Of a DNA stretch of 64,000 bases, positions 20,282-29,528 are shown one piece after another; position 1 is the stretch's first letter, and every line of letters starts with the position of its first letter. The notes below the pieces were generated by a model. It ran no database searches. It had not been told where the DNA came from and saw nothing but the letters and a program-made list of their open reading frames with translations. Source of the stretch: Candidatus Omnitrophota bacterium. GTDB taxonomy: Bacteria > Omnitrophota > Gorgyraeia > B26-G9. The position numbers and the translations under genes were made by a program. The DNA lies in NCBI GenBank assembly GCA_043814605.1, contig JBDRJV010000007.1, positions 195,354 to 259,353 on the forward strand. The letters are read 5' to 3'.

Positions 20282-20455
20282 TATATCCGAAAATTCGCTA
20301 ATTTAAAAAGCGAATCCCGCCTTATCATGGCGGGAGGCAAATCCTTAAGAAATTAGGGATGCGCAAAGCTACGGGTCTAACGCAACAAGCTATGATCGCC
20401 GGGCGCACCGAGAACGAACAAGTTTGATGAAAGATAGCCGAGCTGCCGAGATATA
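20282..20455 (+). ncRNA. c-di-GMP-I (GEMM) riboswitch, expanded variant
   Basis: GGCAAA-TCCTTAA-GAAA-TTAGGGA-TGCGCAAAGCTACGGGTCTAA...GATAGCCGAGCTGCCG matches the GEMM consensus (GAAA tetraloop, receptor, G20/A47/C92 equivalents). P1 formed by 20282-20289 with 20447-20455. Confidence 0.88.
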
Positions 20456-20475
20456 TGCAGTTCGGCTATTTTATT
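20434..20475 (+). terminator. Riboswitch expression-platform terminator
   Basis: ATAGCCGAGCTGC/GCAGTTCGGCTAT 13-bp stem followed by TTTATT; the 5' arm overlaps the aptamer. Confidence 0.75.
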
Positions 20476-20494
20476 AATTAAGGAAGGAGGATAA

Positions 20495-20665
20495 ATGCGA
20501 AGTAAACAAAGTGTGCAAACTATAAGTTTAAATTATAATTTGGCATCATATATATTTTATAAATTTTTTATAAAAAAAGTTTGCATAAAAAATCAGAAAG
20601 GAGGAGACAGTTCACATTTATTAGATGATTTCATCATTATTATTTTAAATTTTTTTATGGCCTAA
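20495..20665 (+). CDS. Small ORF (56 aa) between riboswitch and giant gene
   Basis: AAGGAGG RBS 4 nt before ATG 20495; MRSKQSVQTISLNYNLASYIFYKFFIKKVCIKNQKGGDSSHLLDDFIIIILNFFMA; too short for the ORF track. Confidence 0.4.
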   Translation: MRSKQSVQTISLNYNLASYIFYKFFIKKVCIKNQKGGDSSHLLDDFIIIILNFFMA

Positions 20666-20708
20666 TATATAATTTATAAAAATAACCTACACAAAGGGGG
20701 GGATTAAA

Positions 20709-23700
20709 ATGAAACAAGGTATACGCTATTATTCTTATTTTATTTTAGTATGTTTTTTAGTTAATATGTTAACAGTGAATGTTGGGTTGGCTTTTGATTT
20801 AAAGGCACAGCAGGATATGCTAATGTCCGATGAGGTAATCCAGGGAATTTTTGGCAGCCAGATTTCAGAACAAAGCCAGTCAAGTGATTTAAATCGGGAA
20901 ATAGCACCGGCGCCGAAAGTAATCACTACTTCTAACGGAGATGTCTACATTTATTCTGATGAAGGTGCTTCCGCACAAGTATCTAAGAATGAAACCGGGC
21001 ATACAGAAGTAACCTATTCCTTAAACGGAGCAAAAATTAAAATTAAAAATGAAAATACAGGTGAGGAATTTTCTTATCGCTATAATTTAAACGGCGCTCA
21101 GGTAAGTTTATACAGAATTGATGAAAATGGGAATGAAGCTTTGGTTTCTACTCAAACATTTAATAATTTTGGACAGCTTACTTCTACAGCAGGCCAAGGT
21201 AAAATTACTTATATTTATTCTCAAGACAACCCTGATATTTTGGTTAAATCAATTGATCAATGGGGCAATGAAACAATTTATGATGATCAGGGCCGGCCAG
21301 ATTATATTATTAATTATGATTCTGATGGTAATCAGGTTCAAGTGGGAAATTATACTTTTAATTCACGCGGAATTTTAGAAACTTTTGTCGATTATAATAA
21401 GAATGTGACGCATTTTGAAAATGACGGGATTAGACCGAGTTTTACTACCAATGCTCAAGGCACAACCACAAAGACATATACTTATGACGCAGATGGCCAT
21501 TTAGCTCAGGTTACGGACGAAGTAAACGGGCAGATTACCATAGTAGAAGACGGATACTACACAGTCACTTATAATGTTGAACCGGTTATGGATGAGCAGG
21601 GTGTTCCGGTTTTAGATGCGAACGGAGATCCAGTGGAGAATACAGTTTTAGTTGGCGCCTATAATTATAATGCTGCGGGTCAATTGGAAAGTATGACTAA
21701 TTTTGGCGATGAAGGAACCATGATGGGCTGGACTGAATTTGATGCTACCGGTCAAATATCCGGCGCTTATAACCAGCACGGGGTATTAATACAGGAGTAT
21801 TTTTATAATCAATTTGGCTTTCTTGAATACACAGTTGCTTTAGGCGCACTTAATAATTTAACTGATCAGCAAGTTAAAACTACTTATACAATTATGGATG
21901 ATCAGGGCCGGCCAAAGGAGGTTTGGCAGATTGGTGATGGCGGCAACAAAGTAAAAATCCAAGAATATGAATATGGCGCAGACGGATTGCTTGCGGCAAC
22001 TTATAGCTTAGGTATTATGCGCGGGTCAGATGAAAATAATCAAACTACTTACTGTCAGCCGATTAATGCGCAGGGCAATTTAGCTACAGATGAATCAGAA
22101 TATGTTTATTTTAGAACTTCAAAAACAGTATTTGATAGAAAAGGGCGTCCGGAATCAGTTTCGGCAGTCTGCTATCAAAGAGATGAGAATGATAATTTCA
22201 TTGTTGATGCCAATGGCGCTCCAGTGGCTGACCGAGATGAAGATGGGCAAATAATTTATGAAAAACAGCAGTCCTATAAATATAACTCCAAAGGTTTTCT
22301 TGCGGAAACTATCTCCTATGGTTTTAACGGCAGAATTACCGGAAAAACTGTATTTGATAAATTTGGCAGGCCGGAAGAGTCGTCAAATGGACAGGGGACA
22401 CTTACCCAGCGATATGTATATGGGGATGATGGATTTTTAAAGAAAACCATAAACTTTGGCGAAGATGGGGTGCAGACAGGACATACTTTGTATGATGAAA
22501 AAGCCAAACCCACAGAAGTATACAATCATGCAGGAACTTTAGTGCAAAAATATGTGTACGATGAAAACGGCTTGATGGTTATGAGCCTTAATTTAAACGG
22601 AGAAGACGGCTTAAACGGCATGCTTGTTTCTTCGATGGAAGATGCGGAATTAATTGCCGCAATGTGGGATAATTCTTTTGATGCTGAGATTATTGCCGTT
22701 ACCGGCAGTTTTGACAATCAGGCTTTAATGAATGCCATGTGGGAAAATATGGAGAGTAATCCGGAATTAGCAAAAAAGATCTGCCTGAAAGTAATCCAGC
22801 TTTTTAGTGACGGAGCAAAAGGCGGGGATCAGAACTTAATTAATGATGTAGGAACTGCTTATCATATGCTCGGACAGTTTTTAGAAGCAGAAGGTGATCA
22901 AGCTGGCGCAATTGCTGCCTATAAAGTTCAAGGCAGTGAGTTTACTGCAGCGATGGCGATTGGCGCTAGCGGTAATCCTGAATCAGTTACCGCTTGGTCC
23001 ACAGACCGCTTAGCACAAATGAATGACGGAGAAGGTGCAGATACAGCAGTGGTTACAGGGTATACAATTTTTGGCGGAGATTCTAAACCAATGGCATCTT
23101 ATCAATGCTATAATGACGGGCAAAATGGGTTACAAGTAACAAAGGTTCAGGATTTTATTTATAGTTATCAAACTACGGAAAGACGTTTAGTCGGACAAGA
23201 TGCAGAAGGTAAAGATGTATATGTTGATATTGAAGTTACAAGATTTTCAAATTCAGTACAGAAAACCGTTAATTATGGTGATAACGGTGCGGAAACTGGA
23301 TATACTTTATTTGATGATTATGGCAGGCAAAAAGCTACTTATAATGAGGAAGGACAGGTAACGCAAAAATATACATACAGCCGTGAGGGTTTTTTAACGT
23401 TAACTAAATCTTATGGTGTAGATGGCGCTTGTACAGGAGCAACAGTTTTTGATAAGTATTCCCGGCCAGTAGCTTCTTTTAATTTAGCCGGCAGTACGGT
23501 TTCTATCCCGGATGATTTAATTGCCGCTTTAAGTAATGGCCTGACAGAAGCGGATTTAGAAAATACACAATGGCAGCCGTATTTAAAAGGATTATCACAA
23601 ACTTTTGAATATAATGCAGAAACCGGGCTTATGGAATCCAGCAAATCCTGGGGTGAAGCTGTTGAGATAAGTGCAGCTAATATTGGGAATTTTGCCGATG

Positions 23701-26700
23701 CTTTAGGTTCTATTGAAGGCGATAAGAATTATAGTGTGGATTATGATTTTAATAGTGACGGGGTGATTAATGACGCAGATTTAGCGATATTCGAAGCTGC
23801 ATTTAGTGGTGCAAGTAATTTTGTGGCAGCTTATGGCTCAACTACAGGTGATGCTAATTTTGATCCCAGTTTAGATACCAATCAAGACGGTGTGATTAAT
23901 CGAACTGATGCCTCTGGGTTTAGCCGCACTTTTAGTAAGCCCACTAAATATCAGCCGACATTTACAGGTACGACATCCTATGATAAGTATGGTAAAGCTG
24001 TGGAAGTAACTAATGCTGAAGGTTCTGTGGTTAGCCGTTATGCGTATAATGAACGCGGTTTTATGATCAGATCAGATTCTTTTAGCTTAGATGAACAGGG
24101 TAATGAAATCAGAACCGGGTTTACTTTATTTGACGATAAATCTAGGCCAACGGAAACATATTCTGTTTATAATAATGGCAGTGGAGAACAAGCCGCATTA
24201 GCTCAAGTATATTTTTATAAAGATGGCTTTCTAGAACGAACTAAAAACTATGGAAAAGAAGGAACCTACACTGGTGAAACAGTATTTGATAAATACGGCA
24301 GACAGAGTGTGAGTTATAATGAAGAGGGCCAAAAAATATCTTCTTACAGCTACTCAAATCAGGGATTTTTAAAAAGTACTTCGAATTACGGGTTAGAGGG
24401 TGCGTATTTGGGAAAAACAGTTTTTGACCGCAAAGGCAGGCCGGCAGAATCCTATAATATGAGCGGAGCCCTGACCCAGAAATTTAATTATAATGAAGCT
24501 ACAGGGTTTATGCAATCCAGCACAAGTTATGGAGACCTTGATGAACAGGGCAATCCGACCCTGACTCAAACTACATTTTATGACGGTTATGGCAAAGCAA
24601 TACGCTCTGAAAATGAGCTGGGTATTGTGACCACAACTTTTGATTACGATGCTCAAGGATTTATGCTTAAATCAAACAGCTTAGCTTTTGTTGAAGATCC
24701 GGCTGCTGCGAATGCAATAACAATTACAAATAAAAATGCCGAAACTTTAACGGGTTATTATGTGGTTACCGGTTATACAGAATACGATAATTATTCCCGT
24801 CCCACAACAACCTATCAAGGCTACTGGGCTGATGAGCAAACAGGAGTGCAGACATTTTCTAAAGTGCAGGAATTTACATATGATAAAGGTTTTTTAGTCA
24901 GCACAGAAAGCTTTGGCCGCAACGGTGTTTCTACAGGCACAACAACTTTTGACCGTTATGGACGACAGGATGTCTCGAAAAATGAGTACGGAGAAGTAAC
25001 CACAAAATATAGATACTCTAACCGGGGATTTTTAAGTCAAACGTATAACTATGGGGCAAACGGTGCAATTACCGGAAGCACAACTTTTAATAGTTTAGGC
25101 CGTCCGGTTGAGGCTTATAATCAAAACAGAAAATTAGTGCAAACTTTTGAATATAATAAATCTACCGGAGCATTATTATTCAGCGAATCTTATAATTATG
25201 ATGATGCAGGCAATCAATTTAAAACTCAAATCACAACTTATGATGCTTTTGGTAAGGCAGATAAGGTATACAATACAATTGAAGATATAAATGATATTGA
25301 CCAGGATGGCGATACGACAGAATTAATAAAGGGTTATATGGTATCTTCATATCACTATGATGCTAGCGGATTTATGCTTAAGAGTTTTAGCTATGGCGAA
25401 CCGGATTTAGCAGAAACGCCTGCAGATGGAGGAGAATATCGAGGCCCTGTAACTGGTTTTACAATATTTGGCGATAGTGGCCGTCCAGAAGCTTCTTATA
25501 CTGTACATAATGGTAACTGGGATCCATTAGTACTAATTAATTTTAAAAGTGGAGATCAATTACCAGCAGGTGTAGCATTATCACAAGTGTTTATTTATAA
25601 CACTGATTTAGCTGGTACAAAGGATGCCAGTGCTGTAGAAAATTATCTGGCTGGGCCGCGTGAACAGAATACAGGTTTTGTAACTTTGACTGTGCGGTAT
25701 GGTGATAATCAAACTTTTGTGGAATTTACAACAATGAATAGATACGGACAGCAGGATACTTCTTATAATAACTACAGTGAGAAAACAACACAATTTAGGT
25801 ATAATTCATCCGGATCTTTAAGCCAAACCTATAATTATACTTTTGGCGGAAGAATATCCGGTAAAACCTATTTTAATGGAATGGGCAGGCCAGTCAAAGC
25901 TGTAAATGAATCGGGAATTCTGGTGCAGACTTTTAATTATAATAGTGCTACAGGTTTTCTGACGAGTACTGATACTTATGGAGCACCGGATGCTGAAGGT
26001 AAACAGGAAGTCACCCAGACAACATACTATAATGCAGAAGGAAAACAAACACATACTACCAATCCCGAAGGACAGACAGTTAGTAGGTTTGTCTATAATG
26101 AACGAGGATTTTTAACTGCTTCAGAAAACTGGGCTGTAGATGATAATGGGGTAGAAGTAAAAATCGGCTACACGGAAATGAGCGCAGAAACAGGCCGGCC
26201 AATTGCTTCCTACAGTGTTTCATCAACTGGCCTTGCCGTGAAAACTGCTGATTTTATCTATAGTACAGGTGCAATTACAGATAATGATGCGGCTCAAGCT
26301 TATGCCGCAATGTCACCTGCTGAACGTGATGCCGTGAACGATACTGGATTTGTACTGGGAACAATCTCATATATTGTAAATCAAAATTTAACTTCAGAAA
26401 CTACGAATATTGCCAATGTTTATAATCCGAATGCAGCAAAAACTATAGATCCGGAAACAGGAGAAGTTACTGCAGTTGATATTAGCAGCCAAATACTTTA
26501 TAACGGGTATTCAGTTAATGACAGCTATGGCCGTCAGCTTAATTCATATAATAAAGAAGGCAGCTTAATCAGCCGGAATTTCTATAAGCAGGGATTTATT
26601 AATAAAAGCATGAATTATGGAGAAGGCGGAGTGCAAATAGGGTCATTACTCTACGGTACTAATGGCAGGCCGACAATTGCGCTTAATTACCGAGGCGAAA

Positions 26701-27572
26701 AAGTCAGCGAATATCTCTATAATGATAAAGGTTTCCTTGCCCAAACACTTTCTTACTCAACCGGATTAGATGCGGACGGAAAAACTGTGGTACAGGTGAT
26801 GACTGGATACAGTAATTATGATGTCTTTGGCAAAGCCACTGAATCCTATCAGTTATTTGAAGTTGGCGAAATGGGTACGCCTCCGCCGTATGCTTATGAT
26901 GAAGACGGTTACCAGTTTGAAGCTGGCGGCAGCAAGAATTATGTTGTGATTCCTAAAGAGGATGGTAGCGGTATAGCTAAAGTTGAAACAATTAATGGCA
27001 CAGGCCTTGTTTCCAAGAATGTTTATAACGAATTTGGGGCATTACTCGAGACTCAAAACTATGGACGCGAGGGCGGTGTGATTACTACAGTAAAAATGGA
27101 CCTTTACAGCAGACCTACCATCGTTTATAATCATCTGAATGAAAAAGTACAAGAATATACATACAATAAAGATACTGGTTTCCTGAGTTATACAGTATCC
27201 TATTATAAAAAAGTGAATTCAAATGACGAAGGAGAAGTAGAAGACGGATTCAGCACGGAAAAAGAAACTTCTGTGACATTTTTTAACGCCTATGGCCAGC
27301 AATCTGTATCTTATTTATTAAACAACGAAGGAGAAGGGTTTGACGGTACATTAGATACAGTGGGTGCATTACAAAGCAAATATCAGTATAACGCTCAAGG
27401 ATTCCTGTACAAGACACTAATGTATAACGGTACAACCATGACAGGATATACAGTAAATGATGCCAGCGGCAGGCAAATCACACAATTTAATGCTTCTAAT
27501 GAGCCCACAGCATACTACTGGTATAATACTAATGGTTTCTTGCTCAGAATGTCTAATCCCACGCAGGAATAA
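20709..27572 (+). CDS. Giant exported YD/RHS-like repeat protein (2287 aa) with dockerin-like EF-hand inserts
   Basis: Signal peptide; many approximately 45-aa repeats (Y.Y...GFL..T..YG..G..TG.T.FD..GRP...YN); DFNSDGVINDAD and DTNQDGVINRTD loops; strongly acidic. Confidence 0.85.
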   Translation: MKQGIRYYSYFILVCFLVNMLTVNVGLAFDLKAQQDMLMSDEVIQGIFGSQISEQSQSSDLNREIAPAPKVITTSNGDVYIYSDEGASAQVSKNETGHTEVTYSLNGAKIKIKNENTGEEFSYRYNLNGAQVSLYRIDENGNEALVSTQTFNNFGQLTSTAGQGKITYIYSQDNPDILVKSIDQWGNETIYDDQGRPDYIINYDSDGNQVQVGNYTFNSRGILETFVDYNKNVTHFENDGIRPSFTTNAQGTTTKTYTYDADGHLAQVTDEVNGQITIVEDGYYTVTYNVEPVMDEQGVPVLDANGDPVENTVLVGAYNYNAAGQLESMTNFGDEGTMMGWTEFDATGQISGAYNQHGVLIQEYFYNQFGFLEYTVALGALNNLTDQQVKTTYTIMDDQGRPKEVWQIGDGGNKVKIQEYEYGADGLLAATYSLGIMRGSDENNQTTYCQPINAQGNLATDESEYVYFRTSKTVFDRKGRPESVSAVCYQRDENDNFIVDANGAPVADRDEDGQIIYEKQQSYKYNSKGFLAETISYGFNGRITGKTVFDKFGRPEESSNGQGTLTQRYVYGDDGFLKKTINFGEDGVQTGHTLYDEKAKPTEVYNHAGTLVQKYVYDENGLMVMSLNLNGEDGLNGMLVSSMEDAELIAAMWDNSFDAEIIAVTGSFDNQALMNAMWENMESNPELAKKICLKVIQLFSDGAKGGDQNLINDVGTAYHMLGQFLEAEGDQAGAIAAYKVQGSEFTAAMAIGASGNPESVTAWSTDRLAQMNDGEGADTAVVTGYTIFGGDSKPMASYQCYNDGQNGLQVTKVQDFIYSYQTTERRLVGQDAEGKDVYVDIEVTRFSNSVQKTVNYGDNGAETGYTLFDDYGRQKATYNEEGQVTQKYTYSREGFLTLTKSYGVDGACTGATVFDKYSRPVASFNLAGSTVSIPDDLIAALSNGLTEADLENTQWQPYLKGLSQTFEYNAETGLMESSKSWGEAVEISAANIGNFADALGSIEGDKNYSVDYDFNSDGVINDADLAIFEAAFSGASNFVAAYGSTTGDANFDPSLDTNQDGVINRTDASGFSRTFSKPTKYQPTFTGTTSYDKYGKAVEVTNAEGSVVSRYAYNERGFMIRSDSFSLDEQGNEIRTGFTLFDDKSRPTETYSVYNNGSGEQAALAQVYFYKDGFLERTKNYGKEGTYTGETVFDKYGRQSVSYNEEGQKISSYSYSNQGFLKSTSNYGLEGAYLGKTVFDRKGRPAESYNMSGALTQKFNYNEATGFMQSSTSYGDLDEQGNPTLTQTTFYDGYGKAIRSENELGIVTTTFDYDAQGFMLKSNSLAFVEDPAAANAITITNKNAETLTGYYVVTGYTEYDNYSRPTTTYQGYWADEQTGVQTFSKVQEFTYDKGFLVSTESFGRNGVSTGTTTFDRYGRQDVSKNEYGEVTTKYRYSNRGFLSQTYNYGANGAITGSTTFNSLGRPVEAYNQNRKLVQTFEYNKSTGALLFSESYNYDDAGNQFKTQITTYDAFGKADKVYNTIEDINDIDQDGDTTELIKGYMVSSYHYDASGFMLKSFSYGEPDLAETPADGGEYRGPVTGFTIFGDSGRPEASYTVHNGNWDPLVLINFKSGDQLPAGVALSQVFIYNTDLAGTKDASAVENYLAGPREQNTGFVTLTVRYGDNQTFVEFTTMNRYGQQDTSYNNYSEKTTQFRYNSSGSLSQTYNYTFGGRISGKTYFNGMGRPVKAVNESGILVQTFNYNSATGFLTSTDTYGAPDAEGKQEVTQTTYYNAEGKQTHTTNPEGQTVSRFVYNERGFLTASENWAVDDNGVEVKIGYTEMSAETGRPIASYSVSSTGLAVKTADFIYSTGAITDNDAAQAYAAMSPAERDAVNDTGFVLGTISYIVNQNLTSETTNIANVYNPNAAKTIDPETGEVTAVDISSQILYNGYSVNDSYGRQLNSYNKEGSLISRNFYKQGFINKSMNYGEGGVQIGSLLYGTNGRPTIALNYRGEKVSEYLYNDKGFLAQTLSYSTGLDADGKTVVQVMTGYSNYDVFGKATESYQLFEVGEMGTPPPYAYDEDGYQFEAGGSKNYVVIPKEDGSGIAKVETINGTGLVSKNVYNEFGALLETQNYGREGGVITTVKMDLYSRPTIVYNHLNEKVQEYTYNKDTGFLSYTVSYYKKVNSNDEGEVEDGFSTEKETSVTFFNAYGQQSVSYLLNNEGEGFDGTLDTVGALQSKYQYNAQGFLYKTLMYNGTTMTGYTVNDASGRQITQFNASNEPTAYYWYNTNGFLLRMSNPTQE

Positions 27573-27598
27573 TTTGGCAAAAAACCATAGTTGATTTT

Positions 27599-27637
27599 AA
27601 CAAGCCTCAAGGTAATAGCCTTGAGGCTTGTTTTTTT
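27599..27637 (+). terminator. Intrinsic terminator
   Basis: AACAAGCCTCAAGG-taatag-CCTTGAGGCTTGTT plus T-run. Confidence 0.9.
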
Positions 27638-27760
27638 AGTAATTTTACTTGAATTGAAACACAAGTTATTATAAAATACTACCATTACAATTTAAATATT
27701 ATAAAAACATGAATTAACCAATCTCAGGTTTGTTCGCAAACCTTATAAAAATCAAAACTT

Positions 27761-28573
27761 ATGGAATTAGATTTAAAAAAAATTATTAAAAAAGAGTTTT
27801 TTTTAATTGCCGGGCCTTGCGTGATTGAGTCAGAAAAACTTTGTTTAGAACAAGCAAAATTGATCCGGGAAATTGCAAAGAGGGTTAATATCCATTTTAT
27901 TTTTAAAGCTAGCTTTGATAAAGCCAATCGAACAGCAGTAGATTCTTTTCGTGGCCCGGGATTAAAAAAAGGCTTATCAATACTTAAAAAAATCAAACAG
28001 ACATTAAAAATACCCATATTAACTGATGTGCACAGTCTTGACCAAGTTAGAGCTTGTGCCAGTGTTGTTGATATTATCCAAATCCCTGCATTATTATCGC
28101 GTCAAACAGATTTAATTGTTGGCGCAGCGCGCACTAAAAAAATCATCAATATTAAAAAAGGGCAGTTTATGGCTCCCTCAGATATGCAGAATGTAATTAA
28201 AAAGGCAGAATCCGCAGGCAATAAAAATATTATCTTGACTGAACGCGGAGTTTGTTTTGGGTATCATAATCTGGTGAGTGATATGCGTTCAATACAGATT
28301 ATGCAAAAATTTAATTATCCGGTTGTTTATGATGCAACTCACAGTGTGCAGCTGCCGAGTGCGGGAGGGGAAAAATCCGCGGGTGAGAGTCAATTTGTGA
28401 TTCCTTTGGCTTTGGCCGCAGTTGCTGCAGGCTGTAATGGATTATTTTTAGAAGTGCACAAAAACCCGAAAAAAGCACTTTGTGATGGGCCGAATATGAT
28501 TGCTATAAAAGATCTGGAGAAGTTATTAGGCAAGGCAAAAAAAATCTGGGAGACTGTAAATGAAAAAAAATAG
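27761..28573 (+). CDS. kdsA: KDO-8-phosphate synthase
   Basis: AGPCVIES, KASFDKANRT, KKGQF, DATHSVQLP. Confidence 0.97.
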   Translation: MELDLKKIIKKEFFLIAGPCVIESEKLCLEQAKLIREIAKRVNIHFIFKASFDKANRTAVDSFRGPGLKKGLSILKKIKQTLKIPILTDVHSLDQVRACASVVDIIQIPALLSRQTDLIVGAARTKKIINIKKGQFMAPSDMQNVIKKAESAGNKNIILTERGVCFGYHNLVSDMRSIQIMQKFNYPVVYDATHSVQLPSAGGEKSAGESQFVIPLALAAVAAGCNGLFLEVHKNPKKALCDGPNMIAIKDLEKLLGKAKKIWETVNEKK

Positions 28574-29528
28574 TTTTCAGGCGATTGCTAAAAAAGTTTT
28601 AAAAGTGGAAGCAAAAGCAATTCATGATTTACTGCCCAGAATAAATAAGAATTTTGATAAAGCTGTAAACCTAATTGCGCAATGCAGCGGGCGCGTGGTG
28701 ATTACGGGAATGGGAAAGCCCGGATTAATCGGCAGTAAAATTTCTGCTACTTTGGCAAGTTTAGGTGTACCCAGCTTATTTTTACATCCCGCTGAAGCTG
28801 TACACGGGGATTTGGGCCGGGTAGCTTGCGATGATATTATCATTGCAGTTTCTAACAGCGGTATGACTGAGGAAATAACCCGGCTTTTACCGATTATAAA
28901 AAAAATGGGGGTTAAATTAATCAGCTTTACCGGGAACCTAAAATCTCCGCTGGCTAAATATAGTGATGTAGTGCTAAATGTAAAAGTGGAAAAAGAAGCC
29001 TGCCCTTTTAATTTAGCTCCCACAGCCAGTACAACCGCAACCTTGGCTATGGGTGATGCATTAGCGGTTGCAGTTTTAGAAAAAAAAGGTTTTAAAATTG
29101 AAAATTATGCTTTTTACCACCCGGGAGGGAGTCTAGGGAAAAAATTGCTGAAAGTCAAGGATCTGATGCGTAAGGGGCTGCAAAATCCGATTGTTTATGA
29201 AAAGACTAAGGTGAAAACAGTACTTTTAAAAATTACCCGTTCAAGAGCCGGATGCGCTTGTATTGTGAATAAAAAAAAGCAGCTTATCGGAATTTTTACT
29301 GACGGAGATTTACGCCGCCATTTAGAAACAGAGCCGGATTTGTTATCTATGGAAGTAAAGAATGTGATGAGCCGCAATCCCATTACAATTAATAAAGAAA
29401 AGTTAGCACAAGAAGCCTTAAAAATACTCAAGGATAAAAAAATTGATGAAATACCGGTGGTGGATGAAAAAAAACATCCGGCCGGGCTTTTAGATGTACA
29501 GGATTTACTAAAAGCAGGTATTGTATGA
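28560..29528 (+). CDS. kdsD: Arabinose-5-phosphate isomerase (KpsF/GutQ)
   Basis: SIS domain (GMGKPG, HGDLG, APTAST, HPGG) plus two CBS domains. Confidence 0.95.
   Translation: MKKNSFQAIAKKVLKVEAKAIHDLLPRINKNFDKAVNLIAQCSGRVVITGMGKPGLIGSKISATLASLGVPSLFLHPAEAVHGDLGRVACDDIIIAVSNSGMTEEITRLLPIIKKMGVKLISFTGNLKSPLAKYSDVVLNVKVEKEACPFNLAPTASTTATLAMGDALAVAVLEKKGFKIENYAFYHPGGSLGKKLLKVKDLMRKGLQNPIVYEKTKVKTVLLKITRSRAGCACIVNKKKQLIGIFTDGDLRRHLETEPDLLSMEVKNVMSRNPITINKEKLAQEALKILKDKKIDEIPVVDEKKHPAGLLDVQDLLKAGIV

Noticed and set aside
20709-27572. Classical Rhs polymorphic toxin
   Set aside because: No RHS core or DPxG cleavage motif, no toxin domain, no immunity gene; a terminator follows immediately.
15897-27640. 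Genomic island integrated at tRNA-Pro
   Set aside because: No integrase, no duplicated tRNA 3' end seen, and core thr genes lie in between.
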